A DNA stretch of 64,000 nucleotides from Raillietiella orientalis (taxonomy: Eukaryota): assembly GCA_036172245.1 (NCBI GenBank), contig JAYWIR010000002.1, positions 1,178,001-1,242,000 on the forward strand, given 5' to 3'. This document shows, in pieces, positions 25,701 to 37,744 of the stretch; within the stretch, counting starts at the first letter, position 1; the number at the start of each line of letters is the position of its first letter. Below the pieces are notes generated by a model. It was not told where the DNA came from, searched no databases, and was given only the letters and a program-made list of their open reading frames with translations. The position numbers were made by a program, and so were the translations under genes.

Positions 25701-26249
25701 TATTATAGGAGTTGCAAACAACAGCACATTTCTACCAGTTCTTAATAGTTGCTGATGGAAATCTTTCAATCAAATTCCTGGCGGTTGTTCATGATCCTTA
25801 AAAACATGAAAGGAGATAGGACAGCATATTCATCGTTTCATACTGTACGAGTACATACTAGATCCAATTAGTAGTGATATTAAAGAACAAAAGAACCCAT
25901 GTTTTCAAAACATTTTCGGATGTTATTGAATTTTGGAGACAAAACTTCAAACTTTGTGTCGGCAGAGCACAGTCTTCCTAGGACTCCCAGTATTCCCGGT
26001 TCGAAAAGTAATGAAGCTCCCTGCAACACCTTGTGAGGCTTCCAGAAGCAAATTCACACAAGTGAATTGTACTGTAACACTTGCCGCCATCAGTCGTATT
26101 ATTTGAACTGCGGGCTATTAACTCGAGTAGCAGTTGTAAAGTAAGCAGTTGAATCTTCTTGGTCACTTCAGACTAGGCCAAGAGTGACATGCAGCGGCAA
26201 GAGAACCTCCACAGATACTTTTATGAATCATAGCCACATGGATGTAATA

Positions 26250-27000
26250 TACATTTCGTGAGCTGGCTAAACAAATAGCTTACAACAGCTGACGAAATCT
26301 TGTTCAACACCGTCATCTATCCAAACAGAATTTCCTAATGGAACAGAGAGTTGCCCCCAAAGACGAGGACTTGACTACGCATGCACCACAAGCATTGTAG
26401 AGCTGAGTGAAGACACAGATGTTTCCGACGATCTTATATCTGTATTCTGCACCTTCTGCACCAAGCAGGCAGCCTGGATTCGATTGCTGGGTGCTCCCAG
26501 ATAGGCACAATTCTTTGAATCATCCGAAAAAAGAGTCCTTTGGTTTTCGAAAAAATCAAGTAGTCTGCACGGTTAAAAGGTTATCGACAGCTTCTCCTTT
26601 GGTGGAATCACACAAGGTAAAGCAACTAAGCAGAGCACGTACTGGTCCATGAAGGATCAGACTGAGCACGGTAGATACAAGCAGTTGCTTTTGTGGAGTG
26701 CGATGCGCGCATGAAGAATCGGAAACTGACAAGATTTTTGAAAACAAATTCGCGTGTATTCCTTTCCGTCGGAGATCTGAACTGTCAGTTCCTGTACCAT
26801 TTGTCGGGAACCGTTGCCTCGTAACCCAAGAAACAACACAATGTAAGAGATTCGGTGAATACGCATTTCTGAATTAAACTCTGAAACGAAGAGGACCTAA
26901 CCACAGCGAAATAGGCATCCACACTCGCAAATGCACTTCATTCGACAAAAGAAGGACCAACATCTTCCGTTCCCTGGAGGTTTTTTTCGCACCTTCAGGA
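26250..27000 (-). mobile_element. CR1/L2-like RT remnant
   Basis: P...LGPLRF.V resembles PQGSVLGPLLF; KNCAYLGAP...LVQKVQ resembles EYC..VW.P...LE.VQ. Confidence 0.45.
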
Positions 27001-28823
27001 GGAGAATGCTGATCTCTGCTGAAAATACTCAGGGGAACGATTCTGCCTGTCGCTAGATAAAATTTCTATCGGCAGGAGTTGCGTTGCTCCCTTTGTGAAA
27101 TTCAAGATTCAAATCGGGATAAGGCAAAAATACAAGTGGGAGATGGTCAGGGTGGGTACCAGCGCGACAGTCTCCACGTTTCTAGCGGGAACGCAGTTGT
27201 CCCAATTCAGGACGTGAACGTGTTGTACGGACGAGCAGCATACATACGAGTTCGACACAAGCCTAATTTCAGTGTTTTCCGTATGGAGACTCTCTCCACG
27301 GAGACCAAATACTTAATTGCAGCGTCCGCCGAGCTGCTTGCTACTTGCATCTCCATTCGCTATTTTCCGCGATCAGATGATCGGATACACGGAACCCCCC
27401 CCCCCTCTCCCCATTTCTTGTATCTAAGAAACTCGTTCCTGAAGCGTGATTCCTGGAAGTACTCTCGTGGCACTGTTTGGCTCGACGGAACTTCAAGAGC
27501 ACTAAAGGAAACGAATAGAGACTTCTTCCGCAGGAGTAACTGACGACTGATGTTCAAGAATCTTGGGAAGCCCTCCGTCGTCTCTCGGTTCTGTTTTCCA
27601 TCAACTGTTGATCATCAATGGCCATCGCGCTGAAAAGAGCAAAAGAAAACTACCTTTCAGGGCACTGTGTACGCGAAAGAGGATTGTAGGGAGAGTGTTT
27701 GAAATCTGAGTAGAAAGTCTTTCACGGAACGGCTTTTCTACCAGCATCGATGATTGGAGAAATTTGATTCTTCTTCCAAAGAGATTTCGGTCCTCTTCAA
27801 TCGAGCAGCTGCTTTTCAAGCAAGATTCTCCAACATGAGCCCTTCCTATCCAGAGAACCCATGCCAGTGATGCACATCAGTGCTAACCCTCCGTTTAGCG
27901 GAAACGGCAGGCTTCCTCAATCTGCTGCTGCTCTACTATCTCATCTTTTTCTTTCAAGGGGCTTCCATGTTCACAGTCCCCCGGATGGGATCATCCTACT
28001 AGGCTTCTCAGAGCCTCTGAATTTCCGATCGTGGTCTGAATCACAGGAAAGAATAAGAGCGGAAACTTTCAGTTCCTGCTCATGCAGGAAGCATCCGAAG
28101 AGATGAAGAGAAGCTGCTAAACGCCTAGGGACCTTGCATGGGCAGATTCGCAGCGTTTCATTGGGAAGCGTGATTCCGGGTATCTTGTGCCCACCATTAG
28201 ATGACAGACTAGGTGGAAGTGCCCGTTTGGTGCCCACCTATCTAAACCAGATCTAGCAGATTCCAGAAGTGCCCTTTGTTCTCTACAGAACTCCTGGAAA
28301 TCCGCGCCGAGTTTATTGTTTCCTATTGACCATGGCATTCCCGAGTTTTCTCGCTGAACTGTCAGGCACTAGCAGCTTCTTCCACTTATTCGGAGACAAT
28401 TCCGATCCTCGCTTGCTCGATTCTGAGTGGTCCATCCTGCTTTTTCGTCTTGCAGCTTGATCTCCGCAGACCACTGTAGAGCGAAAGAGTTCACGCAGTG
28501 GCTTTTGCTAATGCGCTTTTTTCCGACTGCATGCCTCTGAGGAAACGGAAAGATTCCGTTGCACTCTCTTCTCGTCCCGTCGAACACATCCGATGGTCCG
28601 TTTTGAATGCAGAGGATGAACTGCCTTGATTTCGAGATCGAGGTAAATCGATTCCCAGCAGTCACGGGATTCGAAAGCTCTCGAAGAGGAAGTCGAGAAC
28701 AGTCTTTCGCGAACATCTCATCCCGTTGTGGAAGCACTTTATTAACGAATTTTTGTTTTCCAGTACCCAGGATTCTGCAGCTTGGCGAGACGGCAAGGTG
28801 TCCTGGAGGGTCGATCCGTGGTA

Positions 28824-29843
28824 ATGGGAAGTCCCAAAACATCTCCTCAAGGAGGTGGTCAAAACGCAGAGACAAAAGCCTCTTCCTTCCGGATCCCGCA
28901 TTTGGGAGCCGTGTTGGCTTTCGTGGTGGCTCTGCTGCAGTCATTTGCCTACGTATTGGTGAAACAGAACTCCTCTCTGAATCCCCATCTGTTGTTGTTC
29001 TACCAGAGCATAGGAATTACTCTTGTCACTTTCGCTGCTGAGTTGTGGTTAAAGCACGACATCTTTCCGAAGAAGTTCACCGTGAAACTTGTGCTGCGTG
29101 GAATCGTCGGGCCCACGAATGTGGTACTCCAATATTTCGCCTTTCAGCTTCTGCTTTTTGGTGACGCCTCGATCATTGTTTATAGTGCCGTAGTCTTTGT
29201 AACGATCTTTTCTCGCATACTTCTGAACGAACCCTGCTATCTCGTAACACTCACATGCATCTTCTCCACGGTGATTGGAATATCCTTGATTGTGAAACCA
29301 CAATTTTTGTTCTCCACGCTGCAACCTCATGGAAAAGACTATTTGTTGGGAGTCACCTACGCAGTTCTATCCTTGCTAACTTCATCCTTCATCTACGTCT
29401 TGCTTAGAATGATGAAAGACATTCATTACTGTGTCACCACCTTGTACTCAGGAATATTCGGCATAATCGTCAGCTTCGTCCTGATCACACTCACGAAAAG
29501 TTTCAGAGTCCCCTGCTGTGGACAGGAATTTCTTACTGTGGGATTCCTCAGCATGCAGTCTCTGCTGGGTCAGTGTCTATTGAGCAAAGCCTTGCAGATA
29601 GAAGAAGCGTCTGTCGTTTCCATGTCCATGACTTCGCAAATTGTGTTTGGATTCCTTTGGGGAATATTTTGGTTTGAGGAGTACCCGGATGTTTTCAGCA
29701 TCTTAGGTGCCATTGTAGTCACGATCTCCGTGATCGTCGTCGTAATGTACAAGAGCTTACTTCATCTGCCTGATGACTCGCGAATGAAGAAGCGCTTTCG
29801 GTTTTTGGTAAACGAACCGATTTTCGTTTTCGGTAAAAAGTGA
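28824..29843 (+). CDS. SLC35G1: Solute carrier family 35 member G1-like (two EamA/DMT domains), intronless, 339 aa from the ATG
   Basis: Uninterrupted ORF with ~10 hydrophobic segments and family motifs LVLRGIVG, GDASIIVYSAVVFVTIFSRILLNEP, LIVKPQFLF, GQCLLSKALQIEEA and SILGAIVV. First ATG at 28824 (the track starts at a TTG). Confidence 0.9.
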   Translation: MGSPKTSPQGGGQNAETKASSFRIPHLGAVLAFVVALLQSFAYVLVKQNSSLNPHLLLFYQSIGITLVTFAAELWLKHDIFPKKFTVKLVLRGIVGPTNVVLQYFAFQLLLFGDASIIVYSAVVFVTIFSRILLNEPCYLVTLTCIFSTVIGISLIVKPQFLFSTLQPHGKDYLLGVTYAVLSLLTSSFIYVLLRMMKDIHYCVTTLYSGIFGIIVSFVLITLTKSFRVPCCGQEFLTVGFLSMQSLLGQCLLSKALQIEEASVVSMSMTSQIVFGFLWGIFWFEEYPDVFSILGAIVVTISVIVVVMYKSLLHLPDDSRMKKRFRFLVNEPIFVFGKK

Positions 29844-30649
29844 AACGCCGGTCTCTGCAACTTGCAGTCCCTTTCCGACTCGATGACCACTTCTCATGAT
29901 TTCGGAGAAAGGAAAAATCAAGCTGCTTGCTGATGAGAGCGGACGGTTTCGAAAGAATCCCCACGGAATCGAATTTTCCTGCATGCGAGTTTCAGTGTTT
30001 CTCGATGCAGCTTCTCTTCTTCGCAAGCGCTTTCTTGTTGGCAAAATGCAAACGTGGAAGAGAATAAAAAATTCCTTTCTGAGCAAAATGTTTTCGGTCC
30101 TCTGCAAACATTTTCCCGTAGACCGACCCGAGTTATTATTGACCAGTTGGCCAGTTTTATCACGGATTCTATGGTCTTCGAAAGACTCTCCTACAAATAA
30201 CAGAAGCTACATTTCATGCTGCTTACGTGCATAGATCTGTGAAAGGATCCTTGGGAGACAAAAATCATCCGCAAAAACGGAATATCATCAATCTCTCAGA
30301 GAAAATCCTAGAGATATCATTCGCTCTCTACACAGTTTCCAAGGCGTGTTCTGCACCGTTTCTGGCGACACGGAGAAGCTAAAATCTCCGTTTTCTCCTG
30401 GATTTGGAAGGAACGGACATTCTTGAAATATTTAGATTCGACTGTGCCGCATAGATTAATAGAGTTCTGGGGTAGCTTCCGAGATGCGAACCAAATAGTA
30501 GAACTCGCGTTCTAAAGGCCTTTGTTAGCAACCAAAACTTGGGGGGAGGTCGAGAAAGATTCAGAAATTTTCAGTCTGTCTTCCTTTAGGAATGACAACA
30601 GCTTTCGAGATAAACCAAAGTTTGCAAATCTTCAAAAAGCAATCTCATG

Positions 30650-32050
30650 CTTGTATTCGTGAGAATGGAGGCCTCCCGAACTGTTTTCAAAGTTTCCTGG
30701 AACACTCGAGACACCGCGGGGAATTACTGATCCTCCCCTTTGTCAACGTGACCAGAACAAGCCTCATTGAACAAATAATCTGCAACAGTCATTTGGAATT
30801 CTGACCGAAAACAAAACGGTAACGAGACCATTGCCAAAGGCTAATGATCTGTCCGACAGAAATGCAGAATTTCGTCGAATGATATGCTGCCCCCGGTAAT
30901 AACGAAACCATATCATCTGTATTCCTTTCCGTGTAAGGGTTCAGCTATCCAACAGTGGAAAGTGTTGGACAAGCGACCGGCAAAGTGAGGTCCCTCATCC
31001 AAATCGGACCTCTCTTCGTCGCGACCGAACACGGAAAGCTGCTCTTCATACGGCCCTGCCTAATTTGTTCCCCCCGATCCAGTTTCTTCTTCTACGTTTT
31101 CATCTTGAGTGCTATCATGGGGTTCTTTCCATCGAAGTCGTTTTCGTCAGAAGCGTAAGAGGTGTTGCAAAGCCTGTCGTTATGGATACATTTACATCGG
31201 ATCCCTTCGGTTGTCCGATGAAGAACAGCAACTGGACGCCCTTCATTGCTTGGCTCTGGATTATAAACGACACTGTTCAATTGCGAAATTCGCACCACGA
31301 TGCGACCACCCATCGTGCCACTTAAAGTAGCTGGTATTCTCAGAGTGCATCATTGACGGAGATGCGCTACAGGGAATCAACAGGACTGGATTCCGTCTTT
31401 AAAATGACACTGAATTCCATTGAGTCCTAGACTCAAAAACGGACCCTGTTACTCAGGTTCCTTTCCGTAGGAGTGTTATGTTAATACTCGTTCCATTTCT
31501 TCCTCAAAGAGGCTACTCGAAGAACGACATAGCAATAGCCAAGGAATAGGGAAATGTACAGTATAAGAAGAATCTCGACCTATTATCTGGATCTATCAAT
31601 GGGAAGTTTCTGGAAACTGCGGGTAGTTCCCCGCATTCCATATAATCAATCCCCCAGGATTTTTGCCGCGACATTTATACCTTCAGGATGACGAGGATGC
31701 ATCAGACGCTGTATGTGAGGAGGCGACAGTTCAGTTTCATGTACGAGAAAACCCTTGACTTCGTTCATCATCGTAAGCGAGCGGTCTCCAGCTGCAAATA
31801 TGGGGACCGACAGATGCTGAAGTGAAGCTGCAAGATCTGGTAGCGAACATTGTCATGCTGGAAGAGAGTTGTCCCTTTTCATGCACCAATTAAAAACAGG
31901 AATGAACTCCATTCCTTGGTATTTTCCTCCAAACTCCAATGGAGTCTGTGAGACTGGGAGTGGACTCTGTGAGAGGTTCTCAGTACAGATTCACAGCATC
32001 GGAAGCGGAAGTAGCTACTTGGAACTCGTGGAGAAGTGGATGTGTAGAGA
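30650..32050 (+). mobile_element. Gypsy-like LTR retrotransposon pol remnant
   Basis: In order: *SSPL / PLPKANDLSDR (RT), W.L....TVQLRNSHHDA (end of RNase H), MNSIPWYFPPNSNGVCE (integrase PYHPQSNG.AE motif). Heavily deleted. Confidence 0.5.
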
Positions 32051-32719
32051 TGGTGCCTCAACGCTGCAGGCTTTCTGCGTCAATGCAACCAGATTCAGGC
32101 TCGTTTATCATAAGATACACCATTCGCAGAGCTTAGATTGCTACAAGGGAACACGAAAGAAAAATAGATCGTTCAGCTGCTGATTTTGGATTCTCTCGGG
32201 AATTTTCTCTGCCTCATTGTCACAAATGCTACAGCCACGAGCAGGGACACAACTGAGAACCCCAACAACTGCTCCATTTAAAATTCTTGGCTCTCTTCGA
32301 TACAGATAGTGGGTGCAAATGAGTCCAGCTGCCGGAAGCAGATAGCTTTTATCTGTAGGTCATCGTGATGTAAGGGGAAAAGGATGTAAACTCCTCGAAG
32401 CAATTAGTGTCATATGATGATGAATTTCCTCAGCGGGAAGATTTGTTACTTTGAGCTAATGCTTTTGACATCCCTCTCCTTCGCTCATCCCTCATGCACT
32501 GTGATAAGTGCTCCAGATGTCGCCACACAGCAAACGATCCAATGGGATTGATTGAATCTCTGCATCCGTTTTCTTCCTGAAAGAAATCCGCAATCTACTA
32601 CAGCAGCAGCAGATTGAGAATTTCGTGAACAGCACAGCAACAAGAAAAGAAGCTGGTCCATTGGAAAGCTGTTCTACTCGCCTCCCTTGTTCCTCCGAAT
32701 CAGAAAAGCTCATAGCTTT

Positions 32720-34000
32720 CGGATCCTTTTCACCAGCCTCTCCATATTAAAAGAGGCTTCTCTTCAGGAGACTCGAGAGCTCATCAAGCGACTCCAGAAG
32801 GAAGAATTCTGGGAGCAATCCTATAGAGAGCAAGATGTGCAGGGTGTGCCGTTCATGTTGAAGCGCTGGTGGAAGAAGCATTGGGTTAAATTTGGAGTTT
32901 CATGAATTCGAATTTGCATTTGAGCTCTCGAAGTCTGCAATCCCAGCAACAGCATCCTGTTGAATGCGATATCAGTCGGACGAGCTTTGTGTTCCGATGC
33001 CTGCATTCCGAATGCCACAGGTCTCCCGATGCTGTGTGGGTTCTCTTGTTGAGAATTCCGTCCATGTCGCAGAGTCCAGCACGCTCCTCTTCCAGAGCTC
33101 ATCTAAAACTGCTTGAATTATGAGAACTTGAGTTATGAGAGGAGGAACTGATGGATTCCAAATGTATGTTTTTTTTTTTGGTCCTCGCTTCTAAGCGTCT
33201 GATGGTTTCCATTTCGTCATCTGTGACTGCAACCAAAAATGGCCTTCCGAGCTCATAACTTCCAAGTGTGTGCTCACCATGTGGGAGCTGACACAGAATA
33301 ACAGTGTTCTCCAAATGGAAGGGTTGGCGATCTTCGTCAGAATCGATGATTTAACGGAAGAGAATCGTGAGAGAGAACGTATTCCCTCGCTTGCCGTCTG
33401 GTGGACTTCAATGAATACTGTTAACTCTTCCAGGACACTTTCTGGGAGGGGTGGGGGCAAGTCCAATTCTGTGACCTTTGAGGCGCACAGTGTCTGAAGA
33501 GGTATTCAGAGTGAGCGGAAGAAAGAAAAATTTGCTCCGCGTGTGTCTTTTTGCTGCGAAGACGGAAAGCCACGCTCAAAAGCTCTAGAAGCGAAGAATA
33601 TCGTGTGGGCGCAGCATCCTTAAGCTACAGTCATCTCCAGAAAATCGTAGTCATCATTTGACACAGCAGATTCACTTTTGAGTGCCTCAGTGATGGCAAG
33701 TTCGAGTTTCTCTATGGTGTGGGGCAAGGATTTGTCCGGGGCATAGATAATGATGCTTTCTTTTGTCGTTGCTTTATCGGGATTTGCAGATACCACAGAA
33801 TTCAATCCACCCGTAAGCATTCTGAGCAACATACTGACCTTTGAGTGACGTATTTGTGCTCCTGGTTTACTGAATTTTGAAAATGATCCATTCTTAGATT
33901 TCTAAGGGAAGTGACAATTAGACCAGAACGACTGCATACTGGTCGTTGAATCACAAGAACACCACTTGCTGATTCGTTTGTCCGCGAGTGGACTTCATTC
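32720..34000 (-). pseudogene. Decayed Tudor- and KH-domain (TDRKH/papi-like) retrocopy
   Basis: KH-like FLEMTVA*...QKDTRGANF...TVRLKG is preceded by IEKLELAITEAL. Tudor-like EVMSSEGHFWLQ, ADFESS and CSL.GIAP...WS follow. Frameshifts and stops; no introns evident. Confidence 0.5.
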
Positions 34001-34199
34001 ACAAAGCAGTCTGACGGGCACCAAAGCCAGTGATGGCGGGAGTCTCCAGATTATCTTCAATCAATCTGGCTTTTCACCATCCAAACACGAGGTTGCCATT
34101 TCCGAGAGCAACTTTAATTTATTTAGTGACCCAATTCATGCTCCCGCGATATGCTCCGAGGGTATTGTATGCTAGAGGACAGTAAAGTGTTGCCAGGTG

Positions 34200-34830
34200 T
34201 TGTGGCGCGTGTACGTGACGTTCGCCTTGACTTGGATACAGAACCCTCTAATATCTCGTCAATGTAACATAACCGATATTCGGCAGTGTGTGAGAAATAC
34301 GGTGCACAGAACAAGCGAAGATAAAGATTGTGGATAAAGAATTTGAAGAATTGAAAAACGTGGGTAGATCGCATCCTGGCTTCGGGCTCCCATACAATGA
34401 AACAGAGGCTGAAGATATGTTTGCTGCTTTTTGCTATTCGGAAAGTCTTGAGGAGCACTGAGATACTTTGCACTTTGTTGTGAATACTCATGGATTGTAA
34501 TTGGACACAGGAATGGGCACTCTAGGTCATCCAACCACCGTTCATGGTTCGTCGAAAGCACTATATGATAAAGCTCGTGAAAAAAGACACTGGGCGTTAG
34601 TACGTCATGTAGCTGGAATGTTGTGTAAACATGTAGCAGATCTCTCTAAAGATCTAGCTACAGATTTGTTAGTGCTTCAAAAGCAATTCACTGTGGGCAT
34701 GCCACCTGATCACGAGCAAACAGCTGTGGCATTCATGCCTCGTAACGAACTTGGACATTTAATTCAGACAGCTTATGGTGATGATAAGATATCAGCAATG
34801 CTAACTCAAGAGTTGATGTTTTTACTTGGC
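34200..34830 (+). pseudogene. PHKA: Internal fragment of phosphorylase b kinase regulatory subunit alpha, processed-pseudogene-like
   Basis: YNETEAEDM...SESLEEH*DTLHFVVNTHGL*LDTGM...LYDKA..KRHWALVRHVAGML.KHVADLSKDLATDLLVLQKQFTVGMPPDHE...LIQTAYGDDKISAMLTQEL strongly matches PHKA. In-frame stops; continuous without introns. Confidence 0.85.
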
Positions 34831-34999
34831 GATGTTGACTCGTCTAGTGAATACGAGTCTAAGATACGGAAGAGTATGCTGGCTCGCAAAGCTAGTATGG
34901 CCGTAAAAAAGACAAGTTCAAAAGAAATAAAGGAGGCAAGGGAGGAAGAGGGGGGAGGGGGGAAACGCGGAAGTGAAGAGCACTCTCTTCACTTCACTT

Positions 35000-36100
35000 T
35001 GATATCTACAAGGAGTTGAAGCAGGAGCATCTGAACACGGACATCTCATTCAAGACCATGCAAACATCTCATTCATGAACGGCTAAAGAAGGACATCACC
35101 TACCTTCGCACCACAACAAGAGAACATGACGGTCTCCAGCTGAGAAGTGAAGACGGCCGTGCTCGAAACTGAAGGAGTGCTCCGCCTCGGAAGGCACGAA
35201 AGCATTTACCAAGCACGCAGGCCCGAAGTGAACGCTGTGCAAGCGTCCTCCTTATCCAACCAAACGAACAGCTCTAGCCCGAACTGTTGCTGTAAAGGCA
35301 TTCCCCATGATCTGACGCAGCAAGTAGCGAAGAGTCCGGAGGCTCTGTGAAATTGTCGCTGCTCAGCAACGTCAGTGTGGCGGGGCTGAAGCTACCAATC
35401 CCGTTTTGGATTCCTGTCGGCTTGCATACGTCCATCTTGACGTACACATTAAAGGGACAGACAAAAAAACGCCAAAACAGCAGCACACGGCAAACACAGC
35501 CCATCGACCGTGTGGGGCTCCAGACCGACAGTGTAGTAGACGTGTGTAACAGCCACTGGCCTGCCAGCGGGAAATCTGCCGTTTCGAGTCCAAATCTGCA
35601 GCAGTGATCCAGCTATGTATGCAACCCTTCTCGAACCTAATAAAGCCCTCGTCAACCATGGGCAGCGCAAAATTCTACTACATCCGACCTGAATGTGAAT
35701 TGAGAAGAGAATGGCTCGGAAAATTGTTCATTTCGGTATCAAAGAGCCTGCGACCGAAGAGAAGGACTTGGTGGAGGTCATTCAAAGAACATCCGCGTTT
35801 AAGAAATTCGTGCGCTTCGAAAGATTCAGGACATGACCACCTTACAGAGATGGAGCAGCTCGGTGCAAGAGATACTGGCAGCGACCGAAACTCCCGTCGG
35901 AAGTGTTTCCGGAACTTAAGAGCAGGGGACAGAATTGTGGAGGATGATAGCTGGGATCGATCGATATGCCTACCCCACAACAGGCCGCTTCGGTGCTGAG
36001 GGATAAGCAAGGTGAACTTGTTGGGACCAGAGCACGGTCGAGCCCAACTGATGCAACGCGACTCAACAGCATCAAGCACTACTCCGGATAAACTTAGATA
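35000..36100 (+). mobile_element. Possible LINE ORF1-like remnant
   Basis: IEKRMARKIVHFGIKEP...KDLVEVI resembles the ORF1 E.R.R..N.VI.G..E motif; otherwise decayed. Confidence 0.3.
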
Positions 36101-36199
36101 CGTCTGCCATCAATTTAGCTCGACCATAGTAGACATCGGTTGCATCCTACAGCCATCATACCAGAGTGGCTCTTCCAGGAAAAGAAAAATGAAGAAAAG

Positions 36200-37740
36200 A
36201 AAAAAAAACTACCCAGATCGAAAGTCAGAACCAAACCAGAATGAGGAACGCACAAAAGGATTCGAATCCGAAACTGGGAGCAAAGACTCCTAGGATAAAG
36301 TTTTGAGGTACGGAATAAAATTACAGGAGGTCTTTCATCCGGTCACTGGGGATGTTCATTTTATAAGAATCAACCAGTTGGGAACACGCTGGTTCCCAGC
36401 CGAAGATAAATCAATTTCAGAAGGAGCATCCACCGACACGCAGGTCGGGATATCGGTAAGACCAGAACAGGAAAGGGGAAGGTGAACAGCAAAAAAAATG
36501 AGGAAACCGGGAGGATGGGGCAAGGATCTTTGGGATTGCTCCGTATACACCGGGATCAACATATAAGAACAGGAAAAGTTACGGATTGAAAAGGAGTAGG
36601 GAATGAGAGAAAAAAAATGAAGGGAAGCTAGGGACACGGGTGACCCCTATCACCAGTGTCTGCCGTTCCTTCATTTCAAAACCAGCGCTGGATGCCGGCG
36701 ATTTCCTCCTTTGTCTCTTCTTCCACGTGGCAGCCTCCCTCCTGTAGGTGGTTGTCGTGCGGGTTCTAGAGTCCGCTCCCGTGATGATGCAGGAAAACTC
36801 CCACCTCGCCGGTAAGCAACTGTCATTGCTTTCTCCTAGGAAGACAGCGTTTCGGCTAAAGGTGTTGCGGATGCACGAGTCCGCTTGGTCGGTTCCTCGG
36901 CGATTCCTGGCATGGACATCCTATTGGGACACCTATTGGTCCGGCACGGGATCTTGCGGCCTCGTGCTGGTCAAACGAACCCAAGTATCCACAGATTCCT
37001 GCCTCCGAGCATGAAAGTTCGAAGGAGATCCACTCGCTGCTTTCCAGTGGATAGGAAGCTTCAAGGGAAATCCCAAGTGCTCCTCCGTCAATTTCCGGTT
37101 GCGAGGAAGCAAAGTTTCTAGTCCCTCGTAATCGGTCTTTCGGTGACAATGCGGCGAGCAGGGAGGCACTGCTGCTGGTTTCATGCCCTCTTCATCAGGG
37201 TGTCTTCGGAAATAGAGCTGCAGCTCCATCCTCGGAAACATCAGCATGCCGAGTTCGGCGTCCTCCATGAAGCAGCAATGTTCTTGAGACGGATGCGGAA
37301 CCGCAAGGCGCCCCCCAAAGAGTCTTCCTCAACAGTCCATCCGCCTGTTGTTTTGCCTCAGGGGGAGGGAAACAAACAAAAGGAAGGGCAGAAAAAGAGT
37401 TTCACATTAAGATCCGCTCTCCCAGGTGGAACCTGCCTTCGGGGGATGGGTTAAGAGTTTTCTCTGCTCTTTGAAGACTGTCGGACCACTCCACGACTCA
37501 GCAGAAGTCGCCAACGGGCACGCCAAAGCGTTCGAAGTACCTGCCCGTGTGAATCCCCCAGGCGGATCCGGCATGACTACCCTTACAGTTACGCAACCAC
37601 CAAGACAACCGTGCACTTTTGCATGTGTACCCGATCTATGCCTCATCAGATCGAAGAATTTCTTTTCGAGAAGTTGGCCAGCGTTATCCCATACCCGCTC
37701 AGCACCAACTCAAAATAGATGCTCAACAAGATAGGGCTCA
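36200..37740 (-). mobile_element. Tx1/L1-like element, post-RT to 3' end with T-rich tail
   Basis: 36650-36730 is the reverse-complement homolog of 39400-39490 (GCCGGCATCCAGCGC...GAAGGAACGGC). zf-RVT-like region upstream. Confidence 0.7.
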
Positions 37741-37744
37741 GACT

